Shown: piece after piece, positions 28,374-36,630 of the stretch
Numbering within the stretch: position 1 is the first letter of the stretch
Layout: each line of letters starts with the position of its first letter
Assembly: GCA_964453585.1 (NCBI GenBank)
Contig: CAYVOW010000003.1
Coordinates: 1,616-65,615 of the forward strand
From: an uncultured Micropruina sp.
GTDB lineage: Bacteria; Actinomycetota; Actinomycetes; Propionibacteriales; Propionibacteriaceae
DNA: 64,000 bases
Direction: 5' to 3'
Notes under the pieces: generated by a model
Database searches by the model: none
What the model saw: the letters and a program-made list of their open reading frames with translations, nothing else
What the model was told of the DNA's origin: nothing
Program-made: the position numbers and the translations under genes

Positions 28374-30068
28374 TCAGGGAAGGACGACCGTGGCGCGCAG
28401 CATATTGTGATCCGATGGGATGACCCCGATGAAGCGGCCAGAGGAGTCAATCTCGACCACGGTCTCCCATTCCAGGACGCGCATAGGTGTGGTGAACAAG
28501 TAGTCGAGGTACGTCCCGTTGACATAGGTGAAGCTCTTCGCTTGGCGCACGAAAGCGTTAAAGGACGAGAAGTTGGTACGGACCCGGTTCTCAACCGTCG
28601 CCCCGCGGGTGGCGGTGGTGGAGCGGTAGTAGTTGCCGAGCGGATCGACGTAGCCAGCCTCTAGGATCAAGTCGTAGGGGGTGTTGGCGGGGAGCGTCCA
28701 CTTGTGTGAGTTCAGGTCACCCGCGATCACCGCGGGCAGCCCAGCGGGGTTCTTCAGGCGGATCTCAGACAGTACTTCCGCTGTCTGGATGCGTCGCAAC
28801 TCCGCTGAATCCGACGACGGCTCCAGATGGGTGTCGGCGAAGAAAAAACGCTTGCCTGAAACCCGGTCCTGGAAGATGGCCCACGCGAGGTATCGGGCCT
28901 GGCTGCCCTGGGACGACAGCTTCTTCGACCCCTGTGCTACCAGGGCGAGTCGCGCCGCTCGGTAGACGATCTTCGTCCCTTGAGAAGCGCCCTGGTCGGC
29001 CGGCACGCAATTGGTCGGTGTTGAGCTCGTGACGCAGTTGTTTCTCGCCGAGTTGGTCAGCCGATAACCAGGCCCCAAGCGCTCTACCAAGTCTTCGAAC
29101 TGTGACTTGTTGATCTGGTCGCCGTTCGAGTCGCGCAACCAACCCTGGGACGCCTCCTGAAGCCCGATGACGTCCGGAGCCTGCTGCAAGACAGTCCGCG
29201 CTACTACCGGCGCCCGCACACTCCACGGTTCCTCATCAGGTACACCGCTGAAGCAGTTGGCGCACTTCACGTTGTAGGTCGCAATCCGCAGGCTGGCTCC
29301 CGGCGGGTTGGACGGCGTGGGTTCGGTGGGGATGGATGGCGTCGCCGAGGGAGACGGACTTGGCGCGACCTTTGGCGTCTTGAACGAGACCTTGGCGGAG
29401 TACTCGCTCAAGCTGACTCCCGCCGCTGAGATGACGCGGACGCGCGCCATGTAGGTGGCGCCGGCGGTGAGGGCCTTGATTGACGCGTACGTGACCGCGT
29501 GGAATCTGAAGTACCGTGGGACGGCCGTGCCCTGTGTCAATTCGACTCGGTAGCTGAGGCCAGCCTCCGAACCGTGCCATCGCAGGAAGGCCTCGACCGA
29601 GTTCACGTTCTCCACCTTGAGGCCTGAGGGGCTGAGGTGCGGGTAGTCCCCCGCGCTGCGGGTCGACACCCGCACCGCCGGTGAATACGGCGTCAGGCTC
29701 TTCGTTCCGTCTGCCGAGATCACTCGTACGCGAACGTAGTAAGTTCGCCCGGCCTGAAGTGTGGTCAAGTCCAATGAGTTGCTCCACGACCGTCGATAGA
29801 CGGCGTCCGACATGGCCTGGTCGGTGGCGTACTGCACGCGGTATCGCGGTGCACCCGTCACGGCACTCCAGGTCAGTCGGAGGGCCGTGACGGAACGACT
29901 CGAAGTCGTCACGGACGTTGGGGTGGAGATGGCGGCGTTCGCAAGCCGTCCGTCCAGGAAGAGGGCGGTGCACGCAAGACAAAGCAGGCTCGCGAGCAGA
30001 GCGGCATACCTTCTCACAGTCGACCCCCAGGGCTTGTTGCGACACGCAGAGTCAGGCGAACCTAACAT
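28374..30068 (-). CDS. Exported FN3-FN3-EEP phosphodiesterase, paralogue 1
   Basis: Signal/TM segment YAALLASLLCLACTALFL. Two FN3 modules (LRLTWSAVTGAPRYRVQY...GRTYYVRVRV; FLRWHGSEAGLSYRVE...GATYMARVRV). EEP motifs IATYNVKCANC, VIGLQEAS, IAGDLNS and IPSDHNMLRATVVLP. The start is uncertain (ATG 30068 or GTG 30017). Confidence 0.85.
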   Translation of the reverse strand: MLGSPDSACRNKPWGSTVRRYAALLASLLCLACTALFLDGRLANAAISTPTSVTTSSRSVTALRLTWSAVTGAPRYRVQYATDQAMSDAVYRRSWSNSLDLTTLQAGRTYYVRVRVISADGTKSLTPYSPAVRVSTRSAGDYPHLSPSGLKVENVNSVEAFLRWHGSEAGLSYRVELTQGTAVPRYFRFHAVTYASIKALTAGATYMARVRVISAAGVSLSEYSAKVSFKTPKVAPSPSPSATPSIPTEPTPSNPPGASLRIATYNVKCANCFSGVPDEEPWSVRAPVVARTVLQQAPDVIGLQEASQGWLRDSNGDQINKSQFEDLVERLGPGYRLTNSARNNCVTSSTPTNCVPADQGASQGTKIVYRAARLALVAQGSKKLSSQGSQARYLAWAIFQDRVSGKRFFFADTHLEPSSDSAELRRIQTAEVLSEIRLKNPAGLPAVIAGDLNSHKWTLPANTPYDLILEAGYVDPLGNYYRSTTATRGATVENRVRTNFSSFNAFVRQAKSFTYVNGTYLDYLFTTPMRVLEWETVVEIDSSGRFIGVIPSDHNMLRATVVLP

Positions 30069-30125
30069 TCAACGTCCGGCCAGTCGCGACGGAGCCGCTG
30101 AACCCTAAACCTCCACTGAAGACGT

Positions 30126-31610
30126 CTAAGGAAGGAAGACGCTGGCGCGGATCAAATTGTGATCCGATGGAATGACCCCGATAAAACGGCCTGCCGAGTC
30201 GACGTTCACGACCGTTTCCCATTCAGCCACGCGCATGGGACTAACGAAGATGTAGTCCAGATAGGTGCCGTTCGGGTAGGCAAATCGCGGCGGGACGCGG
30301 CGGTAATCGTTGAAGCTGGAGTAGTTGGTCCGAATGCGCTTCTCGACGATCGCATTACGGGTAGACCAGGTGCTTCGGTACGAATTGCCCAGCGGGTCGA
30401 GGTAGCCACTCGCGAGCATGGCATCATAAGGATCATTGCCGCCGGGCATCCATTTAAACGAATTGAAGTCGCCGACGACGATGACCGGCAGCTTGTTGGG
30501 GTTGTTCGAACGAATGGTTCTCAGGAGCTCCCGCACTTGACGAACTCGAAGCGATTGCTGGGGCTTACCGGGTTCCAAGTGCGTGTTCGCGAAGAAGAAC
30601 TGCTGGCGCGTTGCACGTTGCTCAAACACCGCCCAATCGACGTAGCGACGGATGTTCGCGCCGCTCGCCGTGGGAAGCGCCCGAGCCCCGGACTTGATCA
30701 GTCGGAGCGTGGTTGTGTTGTACGCGACTCTCACGTCCTGATCGGCGCGGGCGCGGCCGTAGTAGGTCAGCCGATAGCGCGACCCGAGGCCATGTGCCAG
30801 GTCTAGGAACTGAGTCGTCGATCGTCCCTTCAGCTGGCTCTGGGAGACCTCCTGCACTCCGAGCACGTCCAACGACTGCCCGAGGATGGTCCTCACCACC
30901 GCATTGCGTCTGCTTCCCCACGAGCCGCTTCCGCAGTTGGCGCACTGAACGTTGTAGCTGCCGACGCGAAGGGCCACTGGCCTTGAGGTCGTTACCGGTC
31001 CGCGGTCGGCCCACTCGCTAAGCGGCCGCCCCGCTCGATCGACGAAGCGGGTACGGAGGAAGTACGAAGTCCCTGGCTTGAGGTCGGTCAGCGATAGGAT
31101 CGGCCCCCTGGCCGTCGCGGTGGCAGGGGGATCGGAGCCCAGCACGGGGGACCATTCGGCTTCAAGCGCAACCCCTCTCGCGGGTGAGCGCCAAGCGAAC
31201 CCCAATGATCGGACGGTCGCCTCCTTGGAGGCAAGGACGGGTACGGGCAGCGCGAACTCGGTGGTCGCCAACTGCGGCGGAGATTGACCGATCTCTTCAT
31301 GCTCCGCGGACGTCGCCGTTACTCGAATGCTGTATTGAGTGTGCGGCCGTAGGCCGCTGACAACGGCGAGGGTTGCCGTGGTCGTGAGGCTACGACTCGA
31401 GTTCGGTTCACCGGTGGGGGCGGTGGTGACGCGGTATTGGGTTGCCCCGGGAGCGAACTGCCAACTGATCGCGAGGAGAGTAGATCGAGAGGCCACGGAC
31501 TTGATACTGATGATCGCGGGGGGGTCGGCCCGAGCGATTGGCGGTGTGACCGTCAGCCACAGCAACGTGGACATCAACAGGAGCGACAGTAGGCGGCGGC
31601 AACCGCACAT
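30126..31610 (-). CDS. Exported FN3-FN3-EEP phosphodiesterase, paralogue 2
   Basis: The ATG at 31610 is preceded by GGAGGA. Signal peptide MCGCRRLLSLLLMSTLLWLTVTPPIARA. FN3 modules (ISWQFAPGATQYRV...HTQYSIRVTA). EEP motifs VGSYNVQCANC, VLGVQEVS, VVGDFNS and IPSDHNLIRASVFLP. It is collinear with paralogue 1. Confidence 0.85.
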   Translation of the reverse strand: MCGCRRLLSLLLMSTLLWLTVTPPIARADPPAIISIKSVASRSTLLAISWQFAPGATQYRVTTAPTGEPNSSRSLTTTATLAVVSGLRPHTQYSIRVTATSAEHEEIGQSPPQLATTEFALPVPVLASKEATVRSLGFAWRSPARGVALEAEWSPVLGSDPPATATARGPILSLTDLKPGTSYFLRTRFVDRAGRPLSEWADRGPVTTSRPVALRVGSYNVQCANCGSGSWGSRRNAVVRTILGQSLDVLGVQEVSQSQLKGRSTTQFLDLAHGLGSRYRLTYYGRARADQDVRVAYNTTTLRLIKSGARALPTASGANIRRYVDWAVFEQRATRQQFFFANTHLEPGKPQQSLRVRQVRELLRTIRSNNPNKLPVIVVGDFNSFKWMPGGNDPYDAMLASGYLDPLGNSYRSTWSTRNAIVEKRIRTNYSSFNDYRRVPPRFAYPNGTYLDYIFVSPMRVAEWETVVNVDSAGRFIGVIPSDHNLIRASVFLP

Positions 31611-31722
31611 CCGTCCTCCTACGACTGTTGGCAACGGCAAACCTTATCAGTTGCTGAGGGGCTTGGCCGTGTCCTGAGAAAATCCTGAGTGTGATCACTT
31701 GGCGGTTGGGTGATCGAGGGCG

Positions 31723-32493
31723 GTGCCGGGCTGGTTAGCTGGGGTCGTGGACAAGCCGCAGCCATTCGAGTGTTCCCAGCGCTACCGACGCAACCTCGAT
31801 GTGATCGGCCTCGGTGAAGCCGGTCAGCGAAAGCTGCGCGAGGCGCGGGTGCTGGTGGTCGGCGCCGGCGGGCTGGGCTCCCCGGTGCTGAGTTACTTGA
31901 CCGCAGCCGGGGTCGGGACGATCGGGATCGCCGACGGCGACGTGGTCGAGGTGATGAACCTGCAACGCCAGGTGATTCACACCCAGGGCTGGGTGGGTCG
32001 CAACAAGGCCGAATCCGCTGCGGCCCGGCTGGCCGAACTCAACTCCGACGTCACCGTCGAGGTGTTCCCGGACATGGTGACCGCTCAGTCGGCGCCGGAG
32101 TTGTTCGCACGCTACGACCTCGTCCTCGACTGCTGCGACACCTTCGGCGCCAAGTTCATGGTTTCTGACGCGGCCGTTCGCGCCCGGCGGCGGCTGATCT
32201 GGGGGGCCGCGGTCGGCATGCAGGGCCAGGTGTCGATCTTCGGGGTGCCGGACGATCACGGCCGCACCTGGTCCCTGCGGGACCTCTTTCCGGCCGAGCC
32301 CCCGCCGGAGGCCTATCCGCGGGCCGTGGCGGTCGGGGTGCTGGGCGCAATGGTGGGCCAGGTCGGCTCCCTGATGGCCACCGAGGCGATCAAGCTGATC
32401 GCCGGGTTTGGGCGTCCCCTGGTGGGCCGGCTGTGGATCATGGACGCCGCGGCTGGCCGGTGGGACGTGGTCGCGCTGGGTGGCGCGGCGTGA
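31723..32493 (+). CDS. ThiF/MoeB/HesA-family adenylyltransferase (probable molybdopterin-synthase adenylyltransferase)
   Basis: RYRRNLDVIGLGEAGQRKLREARVLVVGAGGLGSPVLSYLTAAGVGTIGIADGDVVEVMNLQRQ is the classic E1-like nucleotide-binding motif. It is coupled to moeA through a GTGA overlap. Confidence 0.85.
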   Translation: MPGWLAGVVDKPQPFECSQRYRRNLDVIGLGEAGQRKLREARVLVVGAGGLGSPVLSYLTAAGVGTIGIADGDVVEVMNLQRQVIHTQGWVGRNKAESAAARLAELNSDVTVEVFPDMVTAQSAPELFARYDLVLDCCDTFGAKFMVSDAAVRARRRLIWGAAVGMQGQVSIFGVPDDHGRTWSLRDLFPAEPPPEAYPRAVAVGVLGAMVGQVGSLMATEAIKLIAGFGRPLVGRLWIMDAAAGRWDVVALGGAA

Positions 32494-33692
32494 TCAGCGT
32501 CGAGGAGTACCGGGAGAGGGTGCTGGCGCTGGCCGTTCCGCTCTCACCGGACGAGGTCTCCCTGGCCGAGGCGCGGGGTCTGGTCCTGGCCGAGGATCTG
32601 ATGGCTCGGCTCTCTGTTCCTCCGTTCGACAACTCCGCCATGGACGGCTTCGCCGTTCGGGCCGCCGATCTGACACCCGGTGCGGTGTTGGAGGTGGTCG
32701 GCGAGGTGGCGGCGGGGTCGTCGGCGGAGCCGGTGCTCGGAGCTGGGCAGGCGGCCCGAATCATGACCGGCGGGCGAGTTCCTCCCGGAGCCGACGCCAT
32801 CGTCCCGGTGGAGCAGACCGATCAGCCGCTCGGCGCCGCCCCGCTGCCGCAGCGGGTGACCCTCACCGAGGCGGTCGGCGTCGGACGACACGTCCGGCGG
32901 GCCGGAGACGACGTGCCAACGGGGGCGTTGGTCTTGCGGCGCGGCGACCTGCTGACCCCGGCGGCCCTGGCCGCGGCGGCCTCGATCGGCTACGGAGCCG
33001 TGCCGGTGATCCCCCGGCCACGGGTCGCGGTGGTGGCGACCGGCGCCGAACTGGCGGCCCCGGGTGAGCCGTTGGCCCCGGGCCAGATCCCCGACTCCAA
33101 CGGCCTGATGCTGGCCGGGTTGGCCGTCGACGCGGGGGCGGAGGTGGTGGCGCAACTGCGGGTGCCCGACGATCCGACGTCCCTGGCAGCGGCGCTCGCG
33201 GACCTGGCCCAGGGTGCGGACCTGATCCTGACCAGCGGCGGGGTCTCGGTGGGCGCCTACGACGTCGTCCGGCAGATCGGTTCGGGGCTGAGCTTCTCGT
33301 CGGTGGCGATGCAGCCGGGCAAGCCGCAGGGGTGCGGCCGGGTTGCCGGCGCCGACGGCCGGGAGGTGCCTGTGCTGGCCTTTCCGGGCAACCCGGTCAG
33401 CGCGTTCGTGTCCTTCCTGGTCTTCGGCCGTCCGTTGCTGCAGCGACTCGCCGGACGCACAGCGCCCGAAACTTTGCTGTTCGCGCCCGCCCTGGAGGGG
33501 TGGTCCTCGCCACCGGGGCGTCGCCAGTTCGTCCCGGTGAAACTGGTCGAGGGGGGCTGTCGTCCGGCGCATCGGCTCGGCTCGGGTTCGCACCTGATCG
33601 CCTCCCTCCACCTGGCCGACGCGCTGGCGGTGGTCGGCGAGGACGTCACGACGGTGGCCGCTGGCGACCGACTGTCGCTCATGGAAGTCTGA
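32490..33692 (+). CDS. moeA: Molybdopterin molybdotransferase
   Basis: VISVEEYRERVLAL..., PPFDNSAMDGFAVRAAD, IMTGGRVPPGADAIVPVE, IPDSNG, LILTSGGVSVGAYD, VAMQPGKP, LAFPGNPVSAFV. GTG at 32490. Confidence 0.93.
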   Translation: MISVEEYRERVLALAVPLSPDEVSLAEARGLVLAEDLMARLSVPPFDNSAMDGFAVRAADLTPGAVLEVVGEVAAGSSAEPVLGAGQAARIMTGGRVPPGADAIVPVEQTDQPLGAAPLPQRVTLTEAVGVGRHVRRAGDDVPTGALVLRRGDLLTPAALAAAASIGYGAVPVIPRPRVAVVATGAELAAPGEPLAPGQIPDSNGLMLAGLAVDAGAEVVAQLRVPDDPTSLAAALADLAQGADLILTSGGVSVGAYDVVRQIGSGLSFSSVAMQPGKPQGCGRVAGADGREVPVLAFPGNPVSAFVSFLVFGRPLLQRLAGRTAPETLLFAPALEGWSSPPGRRQFVPVKLVEGGCRPAHRLGSGSHLIASLHLADALAVVGEDVTTVAAGDRLSLMEV

Positions 33693-33697
33693 GCGGC

Positions 33698-34165
33698 ATG
33701 ACCGAGTTCACCCACCTCGACGACCGTGGACAGGCCCGGATGGTGGATGTCACCGCCAAGCAGCCGACCGTCCGGGAGGCCACCGCGATCGGTCAGGTGG
33801 CGTGTTCGCCCACGGTGGTGGCCGCGCTGCGCGACGGCACCGTCCCCAAGGGCGACGTGCTGGCCGTCGCCCGGATCGCCGGGATCGCCGCCGCGAAGCG
33901 GGTTCCGGACCTGCTGCCGCTGGCGCACGTGATCGGCGTCCACGGCGTCGTGGTCGACCTTGAGGTGATCGACGAGGGGGTGTCGATCAGGGCCACCGTC
34001 CGCACTGCTGATCGCACCGGCGTCGAGATGGAGGCGCTGACCGCGGTGACGGTGGCCGCGCTGGCGATCGTCGACATGGTCAAGGGGGTGGACCGCTCCG
34101 CCCGGATCGTCGAGTGCCGGATCGTCGCCAAGTCGGGCGGGCGCTCCGGCGACTGGCGGAGTTAA
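33698..34165 (+). CDS. moaC: Cyclic pyranopterin monophosphate synthase
   Basis: MTEFTHLDDRGQARMVDVTAKQPTVREA..., IAGIAAAKRVPDLLPLAH, DRTGVEMEALTAVTVAALAIVDMVK. The track ORF beginning at 33332 is an upstream extension. Confidence 0.93.
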   Translation: MTEFTHLDDRGQARMVDVTAKQPTVREATAIGQVACSPTVVAALRDGTVPKGDVLAVARIAGIAAAKRVPDLLPLAHVIGVHGVVVDLEVIDEGVSIRATVRTADRTGVEMEALTAVTVAALAIVDMVKGVDRSARIVECRIVAKSGGRSGDWRS

Positions 34166-34662
34166 GGAGCCAGATCGCGGTGGTGGTCGCCGCCTTCGAG
34201 TTGGTCGATGACGTGGGCGACCAACGGCGCGGCAACCGCGATCGTGTCCCGAACCCCGCCGGACGACCCGGGCGCGTTGACCACCAGGGCGGCCGGCCGG
34301 TTCTTCACGGTGACGATGCCGGCGACGGCTCGGGACAAGACCGCGGTGGCGACCACCTGGGCGCCCCGGGCCCGGATCGCCTCGATGATCCCCGGCAGTT
34401 CGACGTCGACGAGTTCGCGGGTCACCTCCGGAGTCACGTCGCGCGGAGCAATCCCCGTCCCCCCCACGGTGAGGACGAACCGGGCGCCGTCCTTGATCGC
34501 GCGCCGGATCGCTCGCCGGATCTGCTGCGGGTCGTCTGGGACGACCGCGACAGTGGCGATGAGCCCCTGCTCGGCCAACAGCTCGGCGGCCAGCGGGCCT
34601 GAGGTGTCGGTGTACTCGCCGGCCGAGGCCCGGTCGGAGATGGTGATCACGGCGGCGTCCAT
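34162..34662 (-). CDS. MogA/MoaB-family molybdenum cofactor biosynthesis protein
   Basis: MDAAVITISDRASAGEYTDTSGP..., VLTVGGTGIAPRDVTPE, NAPGSSGGVRD. ATG at 34662. Its 3' end overlaps the moaC stop by 4 nt (convergent). Confidence 0.9.
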   Translation of the reverse strand: MDAAVITISDRASAGEYTDTSGPLAAELLAEQGLIATVAVVPDDPQQIRRAIRRAIKDGARFVLTVGGTGIAPRDVTPEVTRELVDVELPGIIEAIRARGAQVVATAVLSRAVAGIVTVKNRPAALVVNAPGSSGGVRDTIAVAAPLVAHVIDQLEGGDHHRDLAP

Positions 34663-34852
34663 GACCTCGAGCGTAGGCGCCGCGCGCCGTCCGGGCGACT
34701 CACACGGCTGGGTGACCACGCGACGCGAACAGACGCCCCGAGCGCCGCAAGCTGGGCCCGTTCCGAAAAGGCCGCAGCCTGAGACACCAAGGTCTGCCGG
34801 TCGGTCTGAACGATGGCGACGGGCACCCCGACGGCCCCACGCCACCCAGGGT

Positions 34853-35761
34853 TCAAGCCTTCCGGGGAACCCGGACGAGCAGCGCGCCCTCGTTCACGTG
34901 GCAGTCGAGAACCTGCCGGGCGCCGATCGCGTCACCATCGAGTTGCGCCTCAACCGGCCGGGACGCCTTGACCTTGACTCGGCTGGAGGTGAAGGAGCGC
35001 AACATCCGGTGGCCGCGCCGATGCCGGGTGACGATGTCCACGAGGACCGCGCCCCAACCCCAGAAGCCGCGGGGAGCGACCAGCAGGGTGTCCAGGTGGC
35101 CGTCGTCGACCTTGGCTTCCGGCATCAGGGCCAGGCCGCCCTGCAACTCGCCGCAGTTGCCGATCAGCACCGCCCGGGCCTGCTGGCTGATCGCCCGCTG
35201 CTGGCCGGCGGCCACCCGAACCGCGAAGCCCCTGCTGAACAGCGCTCGAGCCCCCGAGAGCAGGTAGGCCGGCCAGCCCACCAGCCCCTTCAGCGTCTCG
35301 TCGGCATTCGCCATCGTTTCGGCGTCGGCCCCCATCCCGGCCATCACCAGGAACACTTCGTCGGCGGCCCCGTCGAAGCGGGCCACCCCGACGTCCACCC
35401 GTCGTTCGTCTCCGGTCAGCGCCACCCGGATGGCCGCGGCCAGGTCGTCCAGCGGAAGGCGGAGGTTGCGGGCCAGCAGGTTGCCGGTGCCGCCGGGAAG
35501 CAGTCCGAGCGGCACCCCGGTGCCCACCAGGGCGGTGGCGACCTTGCGCACGGTCCCGTCACCGCCGAGGGAGCACACCAGATCGGCGCCATCCTCGACC
35601 GCCGCCCGCGCTTGGCCGAGGCCCGGATCGTCGGCCGTGGTCTCAACCCAGCGCGGTTCCGCCCAGCCGTTGTCGAGGCACAGTTCGCGCACCCGGCGCT
35701 GATGCGTGGTCACGTCGTCGAACTTGGTCGGGTTGACCACGATCACCCACCGCTGCGGCAT
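34853..35761 (-). CDS. Diacylglycerol-kinase-family lipid kinase
   Basis: DAGK catalytic-domain pattern: VVNPTKF..., LVCSLGGDGTV, GLLPGGTGNLLARNL, DGD near the C-terminus. Confidence 0.88.
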   Translation of the reverse strand: MPQRWVIVVNPTKFDDVTTHQRRVRELCLDNGWAEPRWVETTADDPGLGQARAAVEDGADLVCSLGGDGTVRKVATALVGTGVPLGLLPGGTGNLLARNLRLPLDDLAAAIRVALTGDERRVDVGVARFDGAADEVFLVMAGMGADAETMANADETLKGLVGWPAYLLSGARALFSRGFAVRVAAGQQRAISQQARAVLIGNCGELQGGLALMPEAKVDDGHLDTLLVAPRGFWGWGAVLVDIVTRHRRGHRMLRSFTSSRVKVKASRPVEAQLDGDAIGARQVLDCHVNEGALLVRVPRKA

Positions 35762-35974
35762 GGGCCGACCCTACTTCTCCACGTCGGTCGTGGCGCCCAC
35801 CCGAAAGACGACGATCTGCGCGGCGGACGGCTGGGGACGGGTGGCGCGCTGGTTTACACCCGGTTTGCATCAATCCGCCCGCCCGGCCCGGATTGAGGCC
35901 ATCGAGGTGTAAACGGGCGGCGCTGCCTGGGCAACGACCGGAGCGGACGTTCGGGCATGTGAAGATGGACGGCG

Positions 35975-36517
35975 ATGGCTTCCCGGACGACCCCCAGTGC
36001 CCGCGACATGGTGATCGCGCTGCTGGTGCTGCTCCTCCCCATCCTGGTCATCTCCTGGTTCTTCACCCGGGTCCCCGAGCCGCCGATCCAGGCGGCCGAT
36101 CTGGGTCCGGTGCTGGCGCGGGCGGAGGCAGAGAGCCCCTACCCGGTTGCGCTCCCGGCCGGGCTCCCGGACGGGTGGGTGTGCGTCCGGGCCCGCTGGA
36201 CGCCGAAGGGCGAGCAGTTGCTCAACGGCGATCCCGCGCCCGGAAACTCCTGGCAGCTGGGGTACCTGACCCCGGCCCAGATGTACCTGGGCATCGACCA
36301 GCGTGATGCCGCGATCCCCGACCTGATCGCCGCCACCACGCGTGCCGGGGTTGCCGACGGCACCTCGGAGCTGCCGGGCGCCTCATGGCAGCGCTACCTC
36401 AGCAAGGACGGCCGGACCCGGTCGCTGGTGTCGTCCACGTCTGGGGTGACCACGGTGGTGTCCGGCGACGTGCCGTACGCCGAGCTGGAGGCGTTCGTCC
36501 AGACCTTCCGGCGCTGA
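35975..36517 (+). CDS. DUF4245 membrane-anchored protein
   Basis: ARDMVIALLVLLLPILVISWFF anchor followed by a conserved actinobacterial DUF4245-like domain (LPDGWVCVRARWTP...WQLGYLTP...YLGIDQ). Confidence 0.7.
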   Translation: MASRTTPSARDMVIALLVLLLPILVISWFFTRVPEPPIQAADLGPVLARAEAESPYPVALPAGLPDGWVCVRARWTPKGEQLLNGDPAPGNSWQLGYLTPAQMYLGIDQRDAAIPDLIAATTRAGVADGTSELPGASWQRYLSKDGRTRSLVSSTSGVTTVVSGDVPYAELEAFVQTFRR

Positions 36518-36630
36518 CCGTTGCCGGTGCCCGGTCGGTAGATCCTGGTCAGCTTGGCGGCGTTCTTCCCCCTCGCGAGACCCGGGGCTAGTCTCGGGCG
36601 AAACCGCACCCGGCCAGCTGTGAGGAACTG

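Noticed and set aside
8394-31640. Classifying the lower-GC locus as a mobile genomic island
   Set aside because: I could see no integrase, transposase, tRNA attachment site or flanking direct repeats. The content is a coherent cell-envelope pathway, so I treat it as a variable surface-polymer locus instead.
33332-33697. N-terminally extended track ORFs (moaC from 33332; also 9130, 24769, 32433, 40895, 50023, 54869, 13617, 14864, 14653)
   Set aside because: The extensions are Arg/Pro/Gly-rich, overlap the preceding genes and lack family similarity. Internal ATG/GTG codons coincide with family N-termini, signal peptides, SD sites or start/stop coupling.
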